64,000 nucleotides of DNA from a virus (lineage: Duplodnaviria > Caudoviricetes): the IMG/VR virus record IMGVR_UViG_3300020316_000005, positions 32,001 to 96,000 of that record; one strand, written 5' to 3'. Below are positions 57,401 through 64,000 of this stretch, one piece after another. Made by a program: the position numbers and the translations under genes. Under the pieces are notes generated by a model. The model saw only the letters and a program-made list of their open reading frames with translations. It had not been told where the DNA came from and made no database searches. Each line of letters starts with the position of its first letter. Position 1 is the first letter of the stretch.

Positions 57401-60400
57401 TTCCAGCGAAGAACCCTGATAAACAAGTTCACCTTCAAGGAATCTGGAGGTTTCAACGATTGCAGTCGCTTGACCACCGAACACTTCGGTCAACAGAACC
57501 TGACGACCTTCACCTTGAGTCAAGAATGTGATGAAAGAACCAGATTCTGCATCAAGTTTGGTCAGTGCAATACGAAGTTGGTCGGATTCCAAAGAGTTTT
57601 GCTCACCAGCGATTGCATAGTAAGTCTGATTAGGGTTCAAGCTAACCAAACCTGCAGAACTCGGTTTCGGCAAAATACCAACCGTAGAACCAAGATCTTC
57701 TGCTCTCAACTGCACTTCTGCACCAGTTGTGATGCCGTGCGGGAAGTTGAACTGCAAATAACCCAAGTCAACGTTGACAACGTAGTTAAATTCAGACTTC
57801 AGGGTAACAGTCGGTTCGGAAGAATAACCAGAACCAGGGTTTTTGATGATAACTTCAGAAAGTCTGTTGTTCTTGACGATTGCTTCTGCTTCTGCACCAG
57901 ATCCACCGCCACCACTGATAACCACAGCAGGAACGGAGGTGTAACCAGAACCAGGATCGGTGATCTTGATTTCTGACAGAATAGCGGTATTAAACAGTTG
58001 AAGGTTGACAGGGAAAGTAATTTCGGGTCTCAGAGTATAGTCGTGAGAATAACCGAAACCAAATTCGTTGTTCTTCAGCTTCTTAATCTTACCGATGCTC
58101 TTACCTTGCAGGAACACCGATGCACCCGAACCTTCATCAGGAATCACAACTTCAAGTTGTGCACCAGAACCTGCAAGCAGGGGTCCAAGGATGCCAGGAA
58201 TAGCATCAACGTCGATAGATGCAGTTTTATATCCTTTACCAGCAGACGTGAGAGTGACATCGGTGATAACACCAGTGAAATCTCCATCATCCTGAACTGT
58301 AATGTTACAACTTGCACCTTCACCATCACCAGTAATAGGTACGTTGTAATAAATACCGTTCACATATTCAGTACCACCGTTGAGAATACGAACTTTTTCG
58401 ATCTCTCTGTTCGATGCGATGTCTGTAACGATGGGAAGTTTCTGGTAGAAACCACCTGGGTTGACAAGCTTGATGCTTGCAATAGGTCCAATCGCTTTTG
58501 GAGAGGTTGTAGAATAGAGGGAACGTGGGTTTCCAAACTCATTATTACCAACGGGAGCGATAGTCTTCTCAGGTTCAACGAGAAGTGGGAAATCGAAGGT
58601 AGTTCCTTGAGTTCCAGTTGCAGAAACTCTAAATCTACCAGAATAAGGACTCTGGATAACGTCAATAAAGGATCCTTCACCAACAGGAGAGTCTGCTCCA
58701 GTTCTAGATGGATCAAAATAGTATGAAATGTTGGTAACAGAGTCTGTAACGATGAATTTAACCAACGGAGTAGGCGAATCATCGTCAGTTAGACCAGGTG
58801 TACCCTCTCTAATGATGTTAATAAACGGATATTCCAGTTTGTACTGATTATCCTTAGAGAAAGACAGATAATAACCGAGGTTTGATGGATCATCCAGGTC
58901 AAAAATGTACTGGTGATAGCGAACAAACAGCAGTTTGGGGTGCTTGGCGTAGATATTGACGTTGGAAACAGAAGAACCTGTGCCTGAGAATGTGGGATCC
59001 TGAACAGCAGTTGCTCTCAAACGGAATGTAAACTCTCTAGAACTAAAGACTTCTTCAACAAAGAAGGATCCGTTGTAGTCATTAGTGGCAAATCTCTCTG
59101 TAAAGATGATTTCATTTGCCTCAAAGTTGTGTCTGCTGTTAGCAGAGCAGTATACAAGGTCCGTATTTGCAAGAGCAGAAGCAGGAATAACGTCTTTGTC
59201 AAGTGTAGCAATCAAAGAGAACTTCTTGACACCGATCAATCCAGCAAATGTAGCAATCTTGCCAGTTGCATCAACAGTAAATTGCAGGTTGACTGCATCT
59301 GCGTCAATGGTGTCGCCCTTAATAAAGGTGGAATCACCATAGATTTCTTCAATCTTAATAGTATAATCTTCTGCAGCAAATGCTCTCCACGAAGTAAACG
59401 CTCCCAGAGTGCTGCCATTGTAAGCAGTATTTGCCAGATCAACGTCGAAACTGCCAGAAACACTGGTGAAAGACCAGTTGACATTACCATCGGTCACAAT
59501 ACCAGTGGTGTGCTCTGGTTCCAAAGGACCAGAAACGCCTGTAGAAGTTGCAGTGTAAACCTTACCAGCATTGTAAACAACATCACCAACAGTATATGAG
59601 AAGTTCTCAACCCATTGAGGTGTTGTAGTTTCAACAGTGAAGTTACGATCAAGAGTATTGATGTCACCTGCCGTTGACTTCAGGAGTTTTGTGGTGTCAA
59701 AGTTACCAATAATCTTACCGATCTTTGCATAGTTTGTTCCAGCTTCAACGATTGTTCCATATGCAGAAACAACATCGCTTCCACCAATCACAGAATACTG
59801 CTGTAGGATAGAACCTTTAGTGAAAGATGCAGGTTGATTGAATGTAAGCGTCTTAACAAGGTCAATACTGTTATACTTTGCATCACGCAAGTAGAACTTG
59901 GGAATGACAGTTGCAGAAAGTAGAAGCTTCGTACCACCCTGTGTAGGAATAGTTGCAGTTCTCTCACTATACTTCTCTGAAGTATCTGTAAATGTGTAGA
60001 TACCAGGAACGTGAGTGGAGGTTACATCAGAATAATCAAGAATCTGAATACCTGCAGGACCAATAACCCAAGGATTGATAGTAACGGGTTGGGTATTAAA
60101 CGTATAACCACTCTCAGCGGCGGTTACAAGAGTGTGACCTGTCTCAACATCATCAAGGTTAAAGGTGCCAAGTTTCGTCTTGTCCTTATCAATCTTGTAG
60201 AGGAATGCTTGAGTTGCGCTGTTTGTACCAGCAACAACTGCAGCGGTAAATGAATCGTTATATTTGAATGCTGGGGTGACAACAAAGTTATCAACCCATC
60301 CCATCCAGGTATTGGTGGAATTCGGTGTGGATACAGGTCCAAGGGTTGCATCCTTAAGATTGACATCAACAGTTGTGCTCAAAGTTTCGAGAGCAAGTGT

Positions 60401-63400
60401 ACCGTTAATGAAAACACGATAACGATAGTTACCAACACCAGGACGCTCCTTAGTGAATGCAACGTGAACGAAGCTTTCACCATTGAACGCTGCACGATAA
60501 GTTGCTGCAGCAGAATATGTTGTGGATCCTCCAATATCAATAAACACCTTACCATTATTGGCATCTGATTGATCAGCAATAAGACCACACTTAACAGTGT
60601 TGCTCAGAGCATCAGAAACAGAGAAGAACTCAGGTTCAGTGTTATTTGCAGTGTAGGTAGCTGCAGGCATTGCGAAATAAGCTTCAGATGCCCACTCAGT
60701 TGCTACATCAGAACCATATTGAAGAACAAGTGAGTTGAAGTCTGTGATCTGAACAGAAGATGCACCATCTTGCTTTTTAGAAGTATCGATAGTTGCAAAG
60801 GCAGGATCATACCAAGCCTTGTTCGTACCAGTTTTCAGAGTGTCATTGTAAGTTTCATCAAGCAGATTATCGGCAGTGTTCCAGTTGAAGATTGCAAGTT
60901 GATCTGCTTCAACCTTATTACCGATAACAACTGTGTCGCCAGAGTTATCACTTGACAAGTCAACAGCGTGATAACCAATACCACTACTCTCACTTGCAGA
61001 GGAAGCACTGATAATGTTGCCACTATTCCAAGAAATCTTCAGAGTTGTGGACTGAACATCATTAAATGCCTTAGTGACAGAGACTCCAAGGTCAATGTTA
61101 CCAAACACGTCGAACTTAATACCAGCATTGTGGCATCCATCATAGGTTCCAGTAGGAACATAAATCTTGTGCTCAACAGGTGTAGTGTAGTCATTATTAT
61201 CAAACTTGACGTACAACACACCATAATTCTTGTCCTGAGCATTCACAGCAGTTGCTGCGACATATACAGCACCATATTCATCAATGGTGAAGGTGGGGTG
61301 CATAAACTTGTATGCGCCACTCTCAATTTTCTTTGCCCACTGCAGTTCAACAGTTGCAGTATCGTAGTAAGTTTCACCAAGAATAATATCACTTGCACCA
61401 GCAGGATCAGAAATACCGATGAACATAAAGGTGTCATTGGATTTCCATTGGAGATCCACCAGATGCTCACTACCACTTTCAGAAGCAATCTTACGCTTCT
61501 CCATAATGGTGCCGTCAATATCCAGCAGTGCTACCCACATATCGTCGGGAGCAAGGGAGTTTGCATCGGTATAACCACCAATCATCACCCTACCATCTTG
61601 ATCTAGGGCAATAGATGATGCATAGTCACGTCTGGTGCTACCAGAGATACCAGCAATATCACGTTGCCACTGGATAATACCATCAGGGTTGTTAGCATTA
61701 TCGAAACCAGATCTATACTTAGCAACAACAACGTCAGGATTGTGTGTAAGGTTAACACTGTTGGGGACAGTCTCACCAACAACATAGATGTTGTGGGGAT
61801 TGCTGTTTTCAACATACAGTGCTTTCCATTCCAAACTCTTGGTCCCTGATGCGGGAACAGTTGGGAACAATGTACGCTGCCAGAGAAGACGACCATCGCT
61901 GTTGAACTTAGCGAGGATACCAGCGGTATCACCGTCAGACTTTACAGTTTTACCACAAACATAGATTGTCCTGTCATCTGCAACTTTAACATCAGTGATA
62001 GTAGTTGTAGATGCATTTTCCTTCAAGAAGGACAGGAAGTAAGTTGCTTTCTTAAATCTCTGTGGGTGAGAGACACGAATTTGAGGGGGTTCGTCCTTAT
62101 CGTATCCAGAACCAGAGTTAATAATATTAACAGTGTTAACAGCACCCGCTTCTGTTCTTGGGATGTCAATTCTAAAGTCTTGACCAGTGGAAGAGATAAC
62201 CTCATATGTGGGAGGTAGTTCTTCGGAGTAACCAGAACCAGCTTGAGTAACAGTAACAGATTCAACACCAGAGATGACCTTAACCTTAAAGGTCTTGTTG
62301 GTATCGTCGATAATAGGTGTACTTTGGACGATAACTTCATCGCCAACACGCAATTCGTGCTCATCGGGAGTGGTGATACGTCCATAAGGAGTATCATTTG
62401 ACATATAACTGGAATAACCAGAAATTGTCAGACCCTTAACAGCATCAACTTTTGCAGATGCACCGAAACCTTCAGTGCCCTCATTATCAAAGTACAGTTT
62501 GTCACTGACTTTATAGGAGATACCAGGGTTCTCAATAACAAATCCGTCAACTTGAGCATCCTCAAACTTGGTAGTTGTTTCAATGTCAATGTCAACTTCA
62601 GAACGAGTAGAAACTCTAGGATAGTAATCAAAGAGTTGCAGGACAGGTTCTTCAGCAATATTGATTGTTGCGGTAGATTCATCACCATCAATGATACCGT
62701 TTCTGTTAGTATCTTCGATTTCAAAGATTAGATCAAGACCTTCTTCTGTAACAAGAGTATCGGTGTCTTGGTTGGGTTGACGGTCAATATCAATATCAAC
62801 ATCCTCATATGGATCACGGAAGCGAACCACATCTGCTGGGATATTAGTCTGAACAGCATTCTGAGAGTAGTTCCACTGATCGGGAGAAGAATACAGTTGA
62901 GGACCGCAAACATACGGGAAAACTGGATTACCGAAGTCAGATGCATCAATAGAAACAAAGTATGCATACACACCCTCGGGGAACTGTGGTGTTTTACAGA
63001 AACGACCGTTATATTGGTCTAGATCGCCCTCTTGGAAGACATACTCATAGTCATCAATGAATGAACCCGCAGGATAGTCAGTGAGAAGTGGACCATCTGC
63101 ACGCACAGGGTTTGGATTTGTTGCAGCATCATATACCAGTGCATCCTTAACCTTGTAAGAAGAACGGATTCTTCTAATGCCAGAAGACTGGTCGGTAGCA
63201 TCGATATAACCATATGGACCATAAATCGGGTTACCATCAAATGCCCATCCAAGAATTGGGGAGTGAACATAACCAGTAGACAGTTCTTGGAGTTGACCAG
63301 TTGACTGATTTCTGAACACGTTGTCTCCAAGAACGTATCTCAGTTGCTTAGGATCGGAAACGTGTGCATATTCACCGCCATATTGGGTGTTATATCCAGC

Positions 63401-64000
63401 AAACACGTAACCACGCGCTGCGTCAAAGTTCAGAGACAGTTCATCTTGAAGGTTACGAGTCCATTCAAAGACATTTGCAGAGAATTGTGCTTGCTCACCA
63501 ATAGATTCAAGGCGGATGGTAGTCATTCCAGTGGAATAACCAATACCTCTGTTTACAACAGTAACGCCAATAACCTTACCTCTATCCTCACCAATGGTAC
63601 CAATAGTTGCTCTAGCAACAGCACCATAACCATCACCATTGATAACAACTTCAGGTGCAGTGGTATATCCTCTACCAGCAGCAATGATAGCGATAGAAAC
63701 GATACGACCATTGATAATAATTGGTTGTGCAACAGCACCTTCACCCGAATTCAGTTTAATTTCAGGAGATAGTGTGTACGAGCTACCAGAGTTGGTAACA
63801 GATACGGATTGAATCGGACCACGAACTGATGCTGTTGCAGTACAACCTGTTCCACCCCCACCAGAAACAGAAACGGTGGGTTGTGATGTATATCCTTGAC
63901 CTGGCGATTCGACCAGAATTCTACTAACTACACCATTGGTAATAACAGCGGTAGCAGTAGCGCCGAATCCACCACCACCCACGATAGAAACAAGAGGGCT
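48413..64000 (-). CDS. g7: Giant baseplate wedge initiator gp7-like multidomain protein (>5,190 aa; 5' end outside window)
   Basis: Frame is open to the window edge. IQDSYFYQNFSYVIKS...HPVGFNLFGE wedge motif, GxGY modules, YHYH-like, propeller-like, LamG-like, helical repeats, C-terminal Ig; lies upstream of g8. Confidence 0.85.
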   Translation of the reverse strand, partial: SPLVSIVGGGGFGATATAVITNGVVSRILVESPGQGYTSQPTVSVSGGGGTGCTATASVRGPIQSVSVTNSGSSYTLSPEIKLNSGEGAVAQPIIINGRIVSIAIIAAGRGYTTAPEVVINGDGYGAVARATIGTIGEDRGKVIGVTVVNRGIGYSTGMTTIRLESIGEQAQFSANVFEWTRNLQDELSLNFDAARGYVFAGYNTQYGGEYAHVSDPKQLRYVLGDNVFRNQSTGQLQELSTGYVHSPILGWAFDGNPIYGPYGYIDATDQSSGIRRIRSSYKVKDALVYDAATNPNPVRADGPLLTDYPAGSFIDDYEYVFQEGDLDQYNGRFCKTPQFPEGVYAYFVSIDASDFGNPVFPYVCGPQLYSSPDQWNYSQNAVQTNIPADVVRFRDPYEDVDIDIDRQPNQDTDTLVTEEGLDLIFEIEDTNRNGIIDGDESTATINIAEEPVLQLFDYYPRVSTRSEVDIDIETTTKFEDAQVDGFVIENPGISYKVSDKLYFDNEGTEGFGASAKVDAVKGLTISGYSSYMSNDTPYGRITTPDEHELRVGDEVIVQSTPIIDDTNKTFKVKVISGVESVTVTQAGSGYSEELPPTYEVISSTGQDFRIDIPRTEAGAVNTVNIINSGSGYDKDEPPQIRVSHPQRFKKATYFLSFLKENASTTTITDVKVADDRTIYVCGKTVKSDGDTAGILAKFNSDGRLLWQRTLFPTVPASGTKSLEWKALYVENSNPHNIYVVGETVPNSVNLTHNPDVVVAKYRSGFDNANNPDGIIQWQRDIAGISGSTRRDYASSIALDQDGRVMIGGYTDANSLAPDDMWVALLDIDGTIMEKRKIASESGSEHLVDLQWKSNDTFMFIGISDPAGASDIILGETYYDTATVELQWAKKIESGAYKFMHPTFTIDEYGAVYVAATAVNAQDKNYGVLYVKFDNNDYTTPVEHKIYVPTGTYDGCHNAGIKFDVFGNIDLGVSVTKAFNDVQSTTLKISWNSGNIISASSASESSGIGYHAVDLSSDNSGDTVVIGNKVEADQLAIFNWNTADNLLDETYNDTLKTGTNKAWYDPAFATIDTSKKQDGASSVQITDFNSLVLQYGSDVATEWASEAYFAMPAATYTANNTEPEFFSVSDALSNTVKCGLIADQSDANNGKVFIDIGGSTTYSAAATYRAAFNGESFVHVAFTKERPGVGNYRYRVFINGTLALETLSTTVDVNLKDATLGPVSTPNSTNTWMGWVDNFVVTPAFKYNDSFTAAVVAGTNSATQAFLYKIDKDKTKLGTFNLDDVETGHTLVTAAESGYTFNTQPVTINPWVIGPAGIQILDYSDVTSTHVPGIYTFTDTSEKYSERTATIPTQGGTKLLLSATVIPKFYLRDAKYNSIDLVKTLTFNQPASFTKGSILQQYSVIGGSDVVSAYGTIVEAGTNYAKIGKIIGNFDTTKLLKSTAGDINTLDRNFTVETTTPQWVENFSYTVGDVVYNAGKVYTATSTGVSGPLEPEHTTGIVTDGNVNWSFTSVSGSFDVDLANTAYNGSTLGAFTSWRAFAAEDYTIKIEEIYGDSTFIKGDTIDADAVNLQFTVDATGKIATFAGLIGVKKFSLIATLDKDVIPASALANTDLVYCSANSRHNFEANEIIFTERFATNDYNGSFFVEEVFSSREFTFRLRATAVQDPTFSGTGSSVSNVNIYAKHPKLLFVRYHQYIFDLDDPSNLGYYLSFSKDNQYKLEYPFINIIREGTPGLTDDDSPTPLVKFIVTDSVTNISYYFDPSRTGADSPVGEGSFIDVIQSPYSGRFRVSATGTQGTTFDFPLLVEPEKTIAPVGNNEFGNPRSLYSTTSPKAIGPIASIKLVNPGGFYQKLPIVTDIASNREIEKVRILNGGTEYVNGIYYNVPITGDGEGASCNITVQDDGDFTGVITDVTLTSAGKGYKTASIDVDAIPGILGPLLAGSGAQLEVVIPDEGSGASVFLQGKSIGKIKKLKNNEFGFGYSHDYTLRPEITFPVNLQLFNTAILSEIKITDPGSGYTSVPAVVISGGGGSGAEAEAIVKNNRLSEVIIKNPGSGYSSEPTVTLKSEFNYVVNVDLGYLQFNFPHGITTGAEVQLRAEDLGSTVGILPKPSSAGLVSLNPNQTYYAIAGEQNSLESDQLRIALTKLDAESGSFITFLTQGEGRQVLLTEVFGGQATAIVETSRFLEGELVYQGSSLELASATGYVSTNEGWQIGPRILKLENYDGIWKEGERVTGQVSRASGLVDNLSIARGTLNIASLTNTPGQFIDDVGKPSEIVQKIQDSYFYQNFSYVIKSQTPINDWRKSVLETNHPVGFNLFGELAITGGKDISGRKVISDLIKEVNINSFTNINEITSFANAQPIYTQFNNTEVLFRQKRLTNSEEILTSIVKKIDDVSGDFNGIKTQFPLNVEGESITATETQMFVLINGVAQAPQESFSTAGPSIVFSEPPKAPSRIKFRELTYSQISLTRLTFSNIGGIFPLTGNTVRGIVSEATATVIDSGVDYIDVFDIEGTFQTNEQILSSATGFNSTLATVNPVTSKTIFEQGERITNLKGDFAIIEENNLSGGVIGTDLVVSRTSGTDKFETGEFNIKFNDVIYSSRSKIAATVTVIAPYTDDTSNQVIDQVDLSPASSFFALVFQRVPSTTFPNVILDDIGETVINPTELNDLETPNNQDFLDFESVRNQEIRYDQLTGTDFAPGTNIRLKKIYFGNSSLKQVTDTRAKNASDALVKNARFIAEEAVGDMLNFYPSFSINSVGGNQDCMDDIVDVINAAAWQLEFDGNSEIWDIANTYVQNQAIYHLDGAVPQTIYAMNAARDLALKCIRMENIDTEYTNLTQWKDLTLTPEYEVVSNSHADARTLILANKWYIAHESLHYAKVQNPSLTVPGGDVNCLSDIVDMVESMAYNLAHGGNDFVYDATRYYMAGAHVAGYEDDTVNAFTKAKAMAISIMRNEAVVKQGSHGWNQVTDTSITADPANPTCQAVAAAITTLMDIPINALGTTASPGTLAAFEAAYTKTAPQANYADGRTSIGSSTACVSQTSAVTNFIKIITDSLQDPTGADPATYQWSISNVTRVEPPYAFEDNETIRSIKHNYSNKSSGGFFNFGDTMKGITSGATAEIIGTNAGNKWIYTKGVTGSFSGNEYITNSKITYANVSVDNITFGVGPGSLDFSGSGSKIDMIADQRVNFGTADFTIEAWIRPDSVTGVQRIIDARPTSSSVAPTIFMSGTSLRYGTGAGDHITATGAITTIDTWYHIAVSRASNVTKMFVNGTQVGSDYTDNNDYGDTAFKVGAAWNNGETYDGHLDQMVIRKSAAYSSTFTPPTVYTTIYEGLDVTFGLNGSQPFPMETTAIYATYGQTIISSATADGVELWRSEIMTEEVDVSRDDYRECAEIIDKNRFWIAEEAVGRMKAKYPDFVIPGDVGLATTGTDKCLRDTHSFIIPAIINDLRYGGNFNTIVAGRGYLEGSGALKHVNGELLQSIYTWREVGKICIDVITANQDDLTGEYTDRIRVPNYFSSPASSQITTFITDLIDNMLDVIAPTGHRFRDGADLLYFNRKSIADEAVAMLEEKWLVNIAFYQQSKLTIPNREKCIRDLRDHIIPAVAGDLITGGNSNIQGIIDSYLDSQEDINYIEGELLPMLDAFEDVKFLCGKALENLLVGRNENIANLTGTNAQTINDFYQYQYTDLPAYRKVYDPAVNYSVDGAEITESTFYPPDPHIFSGTDRALDSANILEANARIIAEEAVDLVMKTSAFKHNGFKVPGGKVNCEDDLVDYINAVCHDLRFTVNEKSYDASALYLDTQMGLQHVTNQSAETVHAYKLARDMSILAIRNKLGFNPFEESTGGGGALGGGGGGGVPRGDYDNNATANGFYDSANSIENNLRFIATTAVGRGITNYPSLVIPGGYQNCVDDVIDILNALIFNLKHGGNNKMYYATEFYISNANAVVHVLSQATETKYIMEQARDIAIEVLRNQSVTTNGTTEGTQAIDSTITTDSANPTCQNEAAAVTTLMGIPINLFTQTANPQAYLNGVTRTLPDEWPLTGERALRRDIDITYDMAGNGDCALVSASIDTLFSYVINVVETAAAGSGNWLTNSGLVRTTKATGNTLNNGGGLCYNVRSASNVLFDLLEDTLGRAGEMYRQAARLLIINDNYINREAYYKTAQQYSGYGGDEAYGSAIRKAFIYDLLTDGNAATLQLVNSWFDAEGNFIAFPGVFRTYLIYHATAIKDFCKEIIGQRATTPGVYNQEPTYTDRELRPTVYAEHKIDQLDHFIQTALLRSTPPTVILKQSFDAGVAVNTNGSITAAGHPFEAYDRVNYQVLGSNIAELTFTQYYIHPDTTANTIWLAEYIDGHKITSLTPGTAGQIHTLVCLRESGIDRIATTYGDRVIPTPITGGIQPADIFYGTSSGAYGEVIRIQDNLAEVMYKVKHAEVNVTTETFFTLGETVVVQGATGNTSTLLASTGATGTGYVKLIVNGGQFQQGDVIEGTTSGAQASITSIPDDRILVNFDKGEFIATDIIYSKEDSGKANALIVRNNDGALTANQLGRVTFDIETVKGEFKERDVIYGSVTDQIIDIEGFNILPGFGEYLHSTEITRFTYASLTTDTGVTDTFEVGDVLQLQNAGQSVGHTFVVTEHDTDNNHVYLANETNRYIGIINDLSNDLTAIANNTAYQLAKIPPGSNFPSVYTSAISNVTITPTSAYGKVAKIEQVGLRLIIHLEDTRGTFQKNSQIIGDFGFQGACGGAKYLRGRVKRFFRGFDGSQQNFKLTTENGTPYFPDPAGHMMIFVNGILQPPGGNNAYTAFSDNIQFTEAPAINSTFHGVYVGKLRQLDDISFDFDSLRNSFNLKLGGVFYSLTLTEGVQSNTIRPENNIICQLNGVIQEPGIGFEIVGSRIIFSEIPRAGSTFVAFSYIGSDVDVIAATVVPPIESGDILQIEGEDENREVALIESSNSLITFEYSGAVRGRNGQALAEIEKGRVTKAILTNSGDGYSSRPQVDVISSSGFGARIKALVGLARIDVKNAGQGYVQPTVAVNTTVADNFFAPTGAPLNGGIDIYDPNYVPPGETEAQGEQAIVIESQPVNTTVNQGQTASFTVVASTNPAGGTIAYQWQKKDYGTTSWTNIPGATSPTYTTSATTQGDGGDEFRCGLTAAGATPTLSNSAVLTINIGATVIPGFTSDQIFDDN
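51200..55850 (-). repeat. Six intact plus one degenerate alpha-helical repeats (phycobiliprotein-like) in gp7
   Basis: Consensus (D)A...(L/I)..N..(F/W)IA.EA.......P....PG....C..D.......L..GGN; interrupted by a LamG-like domain. Confidence 0.85.

Noticed and set aside
1-64000. tRNAs, introns, inteins, integrases, IS elements, stop-codon reassignment
   Set aside because: Intergenic gaps are short with no cloverleaf seen; core genes (g17, g20, g23, uvsW) are uninterrupted and of normal length under the standard code.

Overview
This is a 64-kb segment of a T4-like cyanomyovirus genome. The host is probably marine Synechococcus, inferred from the zwf/gnd/petE/PTOX content. Essentially all genes lie on the minus strand. 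Reading from the right end: a giant (>5,190 aa, truncated by the window) gp7-like baseplate wedge protein, a YHYH-domain protein, a gp9/10-like fibre, gp8, a 2,404-aa structural protein, a 1,921-aa fibre and neck/terminase genes g13-g16. Next is the hypervariable g16-g17 island (putative capsid-targeted proteins, petE, PTOX, gnd, an unannotated ndhP, zwf, a nuclease and many single-TM microproteins). Then come g17-g23, g3, uvsY, uvsW, g55, g47 and g46 (truncated). Most notable: (1) tandem phycobiliprotein-like repeats with conserved chromophore-position cysteines inside the giant baseplate protein; (2) a SAM-lyase-like protein with a capsid-targeting-like motif; (3) amicyanin-type H...CxxHxxM cupredoxin-like domains on tail proteins; (4) an ndhP gene missed by the ORF track; (5) RBS-occluding hairpins centred on late promoters; (6) a symmetric bidirectional sigma70 promoter upstream of g55. 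All family assignments are by-eye motif recognition against remembered sequences; no database searches were run.
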